Below are positions 53,455-64,000 of a stretch of DNA of 64,000 nt, one piece after another (positions within the stretch are counted from its first letter, which is position 1; each line of letters opens with the position of its first letter). The notes beneath the pieces are model-generated. The model was not told the origin of the DNA. It saw only the letters and a program-made list of their open reading frames with translations, and made no database searches. The translations under genes were made by a program, and so were the position numbers. Origin of the DNA: Eledone cirrhosa. Lineage: Eukaryota. The stretch is from NCBI GenBank assembly GCA_964016885.1, contig OZ024748.1:51832001-51896000 (forward strand). Reading direction: 5' to 3'.

Positions 53455-53735
53455 TTATTTAGTGCAGGAGAGGAGACTGCAATGGTAAGGACATGTGATG
53501 CGCATGGAGGATGAGCGATGGGTGAAGAAGTGCCAAGATGTGCCAGTTGAAGGAAGACATAGTAGAGGAAGACCACAAAAAATATGGGCGGAGGTGGTGA
53601 GAGCAGACCTCATATCGCTAAAGCTCACGGTGAAGAGGACAAAGGACCGAGACAAGTGGAGAGATGCTGTGCTGAATAGGACCCGTCCCGCCCTTCCAAG
53701 CAGGGAAAAGCGGACGTAAAATGATGATCATGATG
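53455..53735 (+). mobile_element. RTE LINE 3' fragment (second subfamily)
   Basis: ERRLQW*GHVMRMEDERWVKKC...GRHSRGRPQKIWAEVV; ends caagcagggaaaagcggacgtaaaatgatgat. Confidence 0.85.
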
Positions 53736-53746
53736 AATATAGAGAT

Positions 53747-53797
53747 GGCTTCTACAGGACTAGAACTGTTTCATTCGAGAGAAATCATCAGGAAGCC
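53747..53797 (-). ncRNA. Complete type I hammerhead motif (family C)
   Basis: GGCTTC-CTGATGA-tTTCtctcGAAt-GAA-ACAG-ttctagtc-CTGT-A-GAAGCC; GUA triplet; inverted partial copy 53801-53852; truncated copy at 53296 (+). Confidence 0.8.
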
Positions 53798-53876
53798 CTC
53801 ATGATTTCTCCTGAATTAAACAGTTCTAGACATGTAGAAGCCATCTCTCTATATATTAAATATTTTTACTCTGCTA

Positions 53877-54440
53877 CATCATCATCATTTTATGTCCGCT
53901 TTTCCCTGCTTGTAAGAGTGGGACGGGAACTGATTCTGGTTTGATTTCTACAGCTGGATGCCCTTCCTAACACCAACCACATTTACAGTGAGTGCTGGGT
54001 GCTTTTTTGCCGTGGCACCTCCACGACCACTTTACAGTGAGTGCTCGGTGCTTTTTTGCCATGGCACCTCCACAACCACTTTGCAGTGGAATGATAGGGA
54101 CCCCAGTCCCTATCATCTCATTTCTACAGCTGAGTAAACTGGAGCAATGAAATAAAGTGTCTTGCTCAAGGAAACAACACATCACCCGGTCCTAGAATTG
54201 AACTCACAACCTTTTGATTGCAAGGCCAATGCTCTAACCACTAAGCCATGTGCCTCCAGTATATATATATATATATACACCCTTATATATATTCAAAATA
54301 TATGCAAAAAAGCACCCAGCACTCACTGTAAATGAGGTTGGTGTTAGGAAGGGCATCCAGCTGTAGAAATCAAGCCAGAATCAGTTCCCGTCCCACCCTT
54401 GCAAGCAGGGAAAAGCGGACGTAAAATGATGATGATGATA
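53877..54440. mobile_element. RTE-tailed SINE (-, 53877-54258) plus inverted 3' fragment (+, 54306-54440)
   Basis: Homology to 2481-2877. Confidence 0.85.
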
Positions 54441-55689
54441 TGTCACCATATTTAAACTGATGTATCGATTGACATCAGGAAGGGCATCCAGCCATCGAAA
54501 ACTACTTTGAAATGTCTCACCTGACGCATGCCAACATGGAAAAGTAGATCCACAAATGATAATGATGACAATATACATATTATATACATACAGGTTATAT
54601 ATTATTATTATTATTATGATATGAAACAATTATTATATATATATTTATAATACATATAATACAGATGTGTGTATGTGAATGTGTGTGTGTGTATATACAT
54701 ATATATAACACAAATACAATGTAGATAGATAGATAGATAGATTAAAGATATATATATACCATTTCTCTTTCATTCTAAAGCAGCATAATAGAATATTTTT
54801 AAAAGTTCCTGTTCTATAGAAAATTATTTAATCATAGTTTGATGAGAAATATCTTCTTAGAATTCTTCAAAGGAAATTAGTAGGTAAATTATTATAGACA
54901 AATTCTCAAAAATAATAGAATTACTCCTGGAAATAAAGAGACACAAATTTTAGGTTCATTTTTGTTGTTGTTGGTGGTGGTGGTGGTGGCAGATTTAGTG
55001 GTGGTGGTGGTGGTGGTGGTGGTGGTGGCAGGGATAGTGGTGTTTCTATATGCTGGTTGTTGTTGTTGTTATCATATATTAAGATATTATATGGAAAGCT
55101 TTGTACAATTTTAATTCAATTATTAATTTGTTTTTATTGTGATGTGTGTGTGTTTAAGATATTGTCACACATATACTACCATACACTTATTTACACACAC
55201 ATACAAACACATGTATATATCTATATAACTATATATAGAGAGATAATATATATTTACACACAGGAAATCTAAGATAAATTTAATATGAGTATAAATACAA
55301 TTTATAAGCCTTGTTGGCAAAATTTAAACACACATATATGTGTGTGTATGTGTGTGAATATATATATGTATGTATATATATACATATATATATATATATG
55401 TATATATAAGCACACAAAGATAGATCGGTCCACTCTTTACCAACTCCAGGAGTACTTTAACAAATTTTCTCAAATATTATTTATAATAATCAACTATCAT
55501 CATGATAGTGAATTGGGACGCACGCATTTCATATATATACATATATATATATATACAAACATTTATATACACACACACATATATATATACATACATACAT
55601 ATAATACATACATTCATATGCACACACATACATATATATACACGCAGACATATATTTATATTTATATCTATAGAGAGAAAGAAAGACAG

Positions 55690-56290
55690 GGATAAAGAGT
55701 GAGTGAGAGAACGAGAGTGAGAGAACGAGAGTGAGAGAACGAGAGAATGAGAGAAAGAGAGAGTGAGAGAACGAGAGAGTGAGAGAACGAGAGAGTGAGA
55801 GAATGAGAGAACGAGAGAGTGAGAGAAATAGAGAGTGAGAAAATGAGAGAAAGAGAGAGTGAGAGTAAGAGAGAGTGAGAGAAAGAGAGAGTGAGAGAAT
55901 GAGAGAAAGAGAGAGTGAGAGAATGAGAGAAAGAGAGAATGAGAGAAAGAGAGAAAGAGAGAGTGAGAGAATGAGAGAGTGAGAGAATGAGAGAGTGAGA
56001 GAATGAGAGAGTGAGAGAATGAGAGAGTGAGAGAATGAGAGAGTGAGAGAACGAGAGAGTGAGAGAGTGAGAGAATGAGAGAGTGAGATAAAGAGAGAGT
56101 GAGATAAAGAGAGAGTGAGATAAAGAGAGAGTGAGAGAACAAGAGAGTGAGAGAACGAGAGAGTGAGAGAACAAGAGAGTGAGAGAACAAGAGAGTGAGA
56201 GAACACGAGAGTGAGAGAAAGAGATAGTAAAAGAAAGAGTGAGTGAAAGAAAAGAGATAGTGAGAGAGAGTGAGAGTTTGAGAGAAAAGG
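55690..56290. repeat. GA-rich minisatellite (gagagtgagagaat variants)
   Basis: Direct inspection. Confidence 0.9.
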
Positions 56291-57084
56291 GCAGACACAA
56301 AATGTTTTTTAAACAAAAGATAAATGAATGCTGCTAATATATTTTTTAATTAAAGAAAAAAGATATTGAAACAAAATAAAATGCAATCGAAGGAAGTAAG
56401 AAAGGAAAGAATCAAAGTTTGTGAGAGAGGTGGGGGAGGGGGAGAGGAATAGAAAGAAAGAAGTGAATGAAATACAGAAATAATGAGAAAGATTAAAAAT
56501 ATATAATTAAGAAGAAAAAAAAAAAAAAAAAAAAAAAACAACGGTATCAGAAATAGTAAAAAAAAAATAAAGAAAAAAAAAGAAATGTCTGATTTATAAA
56601 ATAAATATAAAATATGTAAAACATTGTGTGAAGAGAAAAGCCTGGATGAGAACACCTGTAGATATTTTTAGAAAGTCGTTAGAAGAATATAATTAACAGT
56701 AAACAATATATATTCATTTGCCAAGATCCGTTTTTGTTGCCATTTTCCCCCTGAGGTGATATTGTCCTTTCTGCCTCCGAATATAATTATAAATACTACT
56801 ACCACTACTACTACTACTATTACTACTACTACTACCACTACTACTACTACTACTACTACTCCACCTCTTCCCCATCATCATAGCTATTATTATTATTATT
56901 ATTATTAATAATGTTTTCAATTTTATTATCTTTGATCTCAATAGAACTAACACTCACAGATAGAACTGTTTCTCTTATTTATCATTATTATTATTACCAT
57001 TATTACTATTATTATTATTTACTATTATTATTATTATTTACTGCTATCAATATAGCATTTTTATTGTATATTCATTATTATTAT

Positions 57085-58052
57085 TAGTGGTGGTGGTAGT
57101 GGTGGTGGTGTGTGCTGTTAGTGGTGGTGGTAGTGATAGTGGTGGTAGTAGTGGTGGTAGTAGTGGTGGTGGTAGTGGTGGTGGCAGTGACGGTGGTAGT
57201 GGCGGTGGTGGTGGTAGTGGTGTGTGCTGTTAATGATGGTGGTTGTGGTAGTGGTAGTGGTGGTGGTAGTGATAGTGGTGGTGGTAGTGGTGGTAGTGGT
57301 GGTGGTGGTGGTGGTAGCGGTTGTGGTAGTGGTATTTCATATAATTAATATAGTTGCTGTGGCTGCTTATGTCTTCAGTATCTATGGCAAATTTTTTTTT
57401 TGGGGGGGGGGGGGGGGTCTTTTTTAATTATTTGTCTTTGTTTTTATTTTTATCTACCACAAGCATCATCATCATCATCATCATCGTCGTCAACATTATC
57501 ATCATCATCATCAACACTAACAACTTCAACACCACCACCAATGCCATCCACCCAATCACCAACTACACCACTGACATCCTCAATATCATCATCATCACCC
57601 TCGTAATCATCAACATCATTGCAGATATAGTTCCCATCATCTGCCCCCATTATATCGTCACCACCATCACCATGATCACCAACATCATCATCATCACCAC
57701 CATTATATCGTCACCACCATCACCACCAACATCATCATCATCACCCCCATCATATCGTCACCACCATCACCATGATCACCAACATCATCATCATCACCAA
57801 AAACTTCATCATCATCATCATCATCATCACCATTAACATCATCATCACCATTAACATCATTATCACCATCACCAATAACTTCACTATCATCATCACCAAT
57901 AACATTATCACCACCATCATCATCATCAACATCATGAATACCATCACCAATAGCATTATTGTCATCTACATCAACATTACCACCACCATCATCATCATCT
58001 TCAACATTATCACCACCACCAATAACTTCACCATCATCATCATCAACAACAT
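57085..58052. repeat. (GGT)n and (CAT/CAC)n trinucleotide arrays
   Basis: Direct inspection. Confidence 0.9.
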
Positions 58053-58637
58053 TTGAACTAGGGTCATGGGATTGTGAGGAAGTTGTTGCTTAGTTCCAGG
58101 TAAACTCTGATCAAAAAGACAATCCTGCCATGGCTATCACATCTTTTATTTTACATCCAGTAGACTACATTAATCCTTGTGTGAAATGGTGTTTCTGATG
58201 AAACACCATTTCAATTAATTAATTTTTAGTAACTTACTAAAATTATTAATTATTTCATTACTAAGAGAATAACTTAACATATAGTTCTGTGAAATTATGG
58301 TGGAAGACATTAATCTTAATAGGAACCCTTTAGAATGGGTGGTTTTATTTCTCAGAATGAAAGATGACTTTCACCAAGTTGGTTTCAACAGTGAAAATGA
58401 CTAATTTTGAAAAATTAACTAAAATTATTAATTATTTCATTATTAAGAAATTATCTTAATACGTGATTCTTATATAAGATTATTTTGCAAGATTTGAATT
58501 AAAATAGGAACTCTTTAATATAGGAGGTTTTGTTTTATAGAATCAGAGCTGGCTTTGACCAAATTGTTATCAAAAGAGTTAAGCTTTGTTTCCTAGAGGA
58601 ATTTAGTAGCATTTCCTAGCATGTAATGTAACTTTTA

Positions 58638-58845
58638 CCCTTTAGCATTTAAACCAGTTGTATCCAGCCAGAATTCTCTCACTTCTTTCTCTTCAAACTG
58701 GACATAAAAGGTCGCTCATACTGACACTGATATATGGTTCTCAAAATAAATAATATCAAAATCTTGTAGATTCGATATTATATGAGATAAAGCCTTTACC
58801 ATGAAAATATAATAGTTGATATAAAGTAATGTAAATACTAAATGG
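58638..58845 (-). mobile_element. piggyBac-type MITE, reverse orientation
   Basis: ttta|CCCTTTAGCATTTA...TAAATACTAAATGG|TTAA. Confidence 0.75.
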
Positions 58846-59397
58846 TTAAAAAATTGTCTATTTACACTGTATAGATAGGAGTGGCGTGAGGGAGGTTTTG
58901 GTCTTGACTGTATCTACTTTAAGTTTGTGTCAATCACAACTTCCCATGTCCCTCATCTATGAAAGTAAGATTTTGTTGTTGGTGTATTTGGTAGAATATA
59001 GCTCAAGTACACCTAGGATTCTTAGGTGTTCCAACCGTGACAATACTATCATTTTAAACATCTAAGACTACATAGTATAATACACCTTTACACTTATGAA
59101 ATAATAGGATGTGTTTTGTGAGAGATTTGGTTGCTATTTCTAGTAGGTCAGGCAACTATATAGAGGTTCAATCATTGGAACAATGTTGTTGATGTTGCTT
59201 TGCCTTATGACAGCCATAATCAAGCAACAAACATATGATTAAATATATTCCAACTAACCGTGACCATCACATCTTTCTGTCTAAATAAAGTGTATCTAAA
59301 AGTAAATGTATCTAATGTGTCTTTAAAGGCAGTAGTGTATCTAGGAGTACATTTATCTAATGTCTTTAAAGGCAGTAGGGGGTTAGTTGCAGATCTA

Positions 59398-59585
59398 ATA
59401 ATTGTTTCTACTTTTAGCACAAGGCCAGCAATTCCCCCAGTGCATTACTGGTGTTTTATTTTATCGACCTCGTAAGGATGAAAGGCAAAGTTAACCTCGG
59501 CGAGATTTGAACTCAGACCGTAAAGGGGCGTAACTCCATGCTGCAAGGCATGGCATCCGACCCTCTACCAATACTGCTAATCCAC
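59398..59585 (-). mobile_element. SINE family A
   Basis: High identity to 17035-17230. Confidence 0.9.
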
Positions 59586-59684
59586 TAATAATTTCATACA
59601 ATTGTCTACAGGGGGATGTGCTATAGTTTGTTTTATTTTTATTGTAGTTTTACAAAGGTTTTATTTTTGTTTTGGTAGTAATAC

Positions 59685-60374
59685 TGTTGTTGTTGCTGTT
59701 GTTGTTGGTGGTGGGAGTGTTGTTGGTGGTGGGAGTGTTGTTGGTGGGAGTGTTGTTGGTGGTGGTGGGAGTGTTGTTGTTGTTGGTGGTGGGAGTGTTG
59801 TTGTTGGTGGGAGTGTTGTTGATGGTGGTGGTGGGAGTGTTGTTGCTGTTGGTGGTGGTGATGGTGGTAATGGTGGTGTTGGTGGTGATGGTGTTGGTGA
59901 TGATGATGGTGTTGGTGGTGATGGTGTTGGTGGTGATGGTGTTGGTGGTGATGGTGTTGGTGGTGATGGTGTTGGTGGTGATGGTGGTGTTGGTGATGGT
60001 GATGATGATGTTGGTTAAGGTGGTAATGGTGGTGATGATGTTGGTGATGGTGGTGATGGTGATGTTGGTTAAGGTGGTGATGGTGGTGATGGTGGTAATG
60101 GTGGTGTTGGTGATGATGATGGTGATGGTGGTAGTGTTGGTGGTAATGGTGGTGTTGTTGGTGATGATGATGGTGATGATGGTGATGGTGGTGTTGGTGA
60201 TGATGATGGTGATGGTGGTAGTGTTGGCGGTGATGGTGGGAATGGTGGTGTTGGTGATGATGATGATGATGGTAGTTTTGGTGGTGTTGGTGGTGATGGT
60301 GGTAATGGTGGTGATGATGGTGGTAGTGGTAGTGGTAAGGGTGGTAATGGGGATGATGATGGTGGTGGTAAAGG

Positions 60375-60405
<31 letters not shown>

Positions 60406-60440
60406 AACGGTGGTATTGCTGGTGATGATGATAGTGGTGA
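59685..60440. repeat. (GGT/GAT/GTT)n array
   Basis: Direct inspection. Confidence 0.9.
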
Positions 60441-60923
60441 TAAATCTGTAATGAATGTTAGGAAGAAAAAAAAAAAGAACTTCTTGAATTAAATATCAGT
60501 TTGATATATTAGTAGAGTTTGGTGGTGTGTGTGTGTGTGTGAAGAAGAAGATTTGTGTGTGTGTGTGTGTGTGTGAAGAAGAAGATTGGTGTGTGATGGG
60601 GGTTGATGGGGGACACACAGACTAATTAGTATTTTCTAATTAAGAGCTTGTTATTTTTCTGTTTGTTGTTCCGAAATGAGAGAAACCATAATAGCCAGTT
60701 TGTTACAGCTTAGTTAAACCCCAACGCACACACCCACCCACCCTCCCCCACACACACTTCCCCTCTCAACCACACACACAGATTATATACATACATACAT
60801 ATATACACATACATACACAATTTACTTATACTATTACACGAACACTTATAGACACAAAACAGATTCACTGATATACGCTCTCTCTCCATATATGTATATA
60901 TATATATGTATATATATGTATAT

Positions 60924-60955
<32 letters not shown>

Positions 60956-61048
60956 GTATATGTATATATATATATATGTATATGAAGGACAAACTTTTTC
61001 ATATGTAACCCATTTGCAACGCCGCAGCTCCATTATTATCATATATAA

Positions 61049-61086
<38 letters not shown>

Positions 61087-61704
61087 GTCAGTAGGCACCT
61101 CTAACAAAATACACCCCATCCCACTACCCCCACCCCATCCACACCACCCCTTCAATGTAAAGTTATGTTGGTGTCACAACATCCAGCCCGAAACAAATGA
61201 GGTCGTGTAGGTGTCACGACAAAAAAAAACACACAGTCCACGCTGTAATGTGGCCGTGTAGGTAACACGGTAAAAACCTCCCAGTTCCACACTGTAAATG
61301 TGGTTGGTGTTAGGAAGGGCATCCAGCCGTAGAAAACCCGCCAGACAGTCCTGAGCAAGACAACCAATCTTGCCTCAAGTGGGACAATTCCCATCCAGAC
61401 CCATGCTAGCGTGGAAAATGGACGTTAAACGATCATGAAGATGATGATGATGATACACACACACCCGCAGGTGTGGTTACAAATGAGAGAAAAAAAGTAA
61501 TCACCACAATGTGGATGTTGAGAATATTTGTGTTAGCAGTTTATTCTATTTCTTCATTACTGGAGGTTTCACTGACATAAACATGTCTAGCTCCCTCGCA
61601 GTTAGGATTGTTTACATCTATAAAAACTCTGGTAACGCAGATACTATTAACACACTCACACATAAAGCAGTCGTAAAATGATGATGATATATATATATGT
61701 ATAT

Positions 61705-61810
61705 ATAAATTAATAAAAACAATGAAATAAAAACAAAGAACAAGTTCTTTATATTAAAAAATATACAGAACTTGTTCTTTGTTTTTATTTCATTCTTTTT
61801 ATTAATTTAT
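61705..61810. repeat. AT-rich inverted repeat next to (TA)n
   Basis: ataaattaataaaaa.aatgaaataaaaacaaagaacaagttct / agaacttgttctttgtttttatttcatt.tttttattaatttat. Confidence 0.85.
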
Positions 61811-61955
61811 TATTTTCCTATGATTTTTATTGAAAATTTTTGAATGCATCTTCTCTTTTCATGATATTTGGATTACATTGAGTTCTTCATACGGATTGGA
61901 CACTACCGTATATTTTAGTAGATTTGTCTACACACATATATATATATATATAAGC

Positions 61956-62050
61956 ATTAATTATGAGGAGCCAATAAAGTACCAGTAATACACTGGGATA
62001 ATTGCTGGCCTTGTGCCAAAAGTAGAAACAATTAATTATGAGGAGCCAAT
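61956..62050 (+). mobile_element. 55-bp 3' stub of SINE family A with 20-bp target-site duplication
   Basis: attaattatgaggagccaat at 61956-61975 and 62031-62050. Confidence 0.9.
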
Positions 62051-63057
62051 GGGTTAGTGATGTCAAAATTAGTTTATGTCAGTTTCAATGTTAATATCAG
62101 CAAAAGATAACATGAGACATAAAATACGGACACATGAACAGCTTGCTTATCAGCTGTATACTGGGCATCTCCGTAGTTTCAGATGCTTTGAAAACTGAAC
62201 TATTCTTCTCAGTTCACCAATAGACTTTAAGAGAGAGAGGTAGAGGGAAGAATCAAGCCAGGTAGTGGCCTGGTACAGTTTTTTATCAACCTTGAAAGGA
62301 TGAAAAGCAGAGTTGATCTTGAACTCAGAGAGCAGAGACCTGGGATCAATATGCCAAACATTCCAGCAACTTTGCCAATTTACTGCCTCATGCTAACCTT
62401 TATTCATTTGTATTCCCATTTGAATGGAAATATGTAGAACTAGAATTTTTTCCAACATGCTAACGCATATGTGTATATTTGTGTGCATGTGTGTATGTGC
62501 ATATGCATACATTTATATGTGTGAGTATATAAATATAAAGGTGGAAACATACACATGCACAGACATACATTCACACAAACACAAATACACATACATTCAT
62601 ACATAGCGTAGCAAATGAAACACCAACCGCTGTTTTGCTATAGTTTTTTTCACTATTCCTTTGCTTCCTCTTACACACACATACATTCTCATACACATGC
62701 ATTGCGTGACAGACGGAAGTCACTCAAATTTATATATAGCTTAAGAATATTTCCTAGTAAACAATGGAACATTTGACTGTAGATTTGAACTCAAGAAGTA
62801 CAAGCCAATAAATTCCTACTCTCCTTTATTTCCAAAGTCCATATTTGTCTTGGTTCAATACTTGCTTATGATATACTCTGTGATCTCTTCTGGATCTATA
62901 TATCATATTCTCATGCTTTGATATTTATGCTATATGAGTCATAGGATACCGTCAAGTCAAATTCTCCTATAAGAAGTTATCGTGTTTAAGCATTCATTCT
63001 TGATATACATTAAGAAACCTTATTTACCCTTATATATATATATATATTTATTTATTT

Positions 63058-63260
63058 ATTTATTAAAATAACAGATTAAAGTTTAAACAAAGAATCGCTG
63101 TTTTCACCCTTAATGTTAAGGGTGAAAGCAGCGAGTATTTGCTTAAACTTTAATCTGTTATTTTAATAAATGTTTGCTCTATGGTTCTTATATATTTGAT
63201 ATATATTTATCCTTATCGAGCCCTCTTTGGATTTTAGTTTTCACGTTTATTATTATTACT
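63058..63260. repeat. Foldback (arms 63058-63113 and 63116-63171) of an unclassified TA-associated repeat; relatives at 21615-21705, 41706-41783, 43200-43255
   Basis: aaataacagattaaagtttaa...ttcacccttaa|tg|ttaagggtgaaa...; downstream part is the reverse complement of 21615-21705. Confidence 0.8.
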
Positions 63261-63846
63261 ATATATATACTCTTTTACACTTTTACCTGTTCCAGCTATC
63301 CAGCTGAGGCCATGCTGGGGCACCGCTCTTGTAATATATATATTATTATTACTATATATTTATATAATTTTATTCTTTACCATTAACATTAATACAAAAA
63401 ATAATTGTTATATTTTTTAGAGAAGGGCCTCAAATTTCATATAGTTTAGGGCTTCAGCAGCTGAAAGTCTGGGCCTGCTCTTTGCAATTTCACTTCTCTA
63501 ATTCAATGAATAGAACATACTCAGCCATGTTTCTTTATACATGATAACTGCCATATTGCTCCATCCAAAATCACAGACTCTGGGATCATATGACCTAACA
63601 CCAATGGAATATTAGAATATTATATATGATATCAAAATGTTACTGTGATATCAGAATTATGAATTTTTTATATATGATATCAAGATATTTAAAAAACAAT
63701 ACTAAATGAAAAAAAAAATCAACATTAGTCTTCATCTGATATTATTTATATTTTAGATATATTTTAGATAACATAAAACATTAAAAACACCAGCAATACT
63801 TTAATGATTGATTATATTGTTTTATCTTTTCACTTTTTTTTTGTTT

Positions 63847-63877
<31 letters not shown>

Positions 63878-64000
63878 CTGTAAGATTTTTTTATGGAATT
63901 TTGTGTGATTTAATATTTTTATTCTTTATTTCGTTTGTATTTTTTATGTCTCTCCCCCCTCTATGTGTGTATATATATATATATATATTTACATACATAC

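Noticed and set aside
58184-58211. ctgatgaaac as a hammerhead
   Set aside because: CTGATGA and GAAA overlap with no stem II; just a simple hairpin
62700-62745. ETS-like acggaagt plus TATA-like run as a promoter
   Set aside because: Short motifs expected by chance; no linked transcript evidence

Overview
AT-rich eukaryotic genomic DNA, very dense in microsatellites and interspersed repeats. The tRNA-headed SINE families, RTE-type tails and (TA)n/(CAT)n load suggest an octopus or other coleoid cephalopod (inference). No intact host protein-coding gene is recognisable, and nearly all ORFs in the track are translations of simple repeats. Recognisable content: many SINEs (one family in head-to-tail arrays, one modular family with a shared head and at least 5 tails); 3' fragments of RTE, CR1/L2 and CRE-like LINEs; a non-autonomous Helitron; piggyBac-type and Tc1/mariner-type MITEs; minisatellites. 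The main signal is about a dozen type I hammerhead-ribozyme motifs (CUGANGA...GAAA) in at least four unrelated sequence families. One family shows compensatory base changes between copies. Most motifs lie next to (TA)n and are often duplicated as inverted repeats, which matches the architecture of Penelope-like element pseudo-LTR remnants or retrozyme-like elements. Several further long foldbacks and a few candidate minus-strand micro-exons are noted. All structures and coordinates were read by eye.
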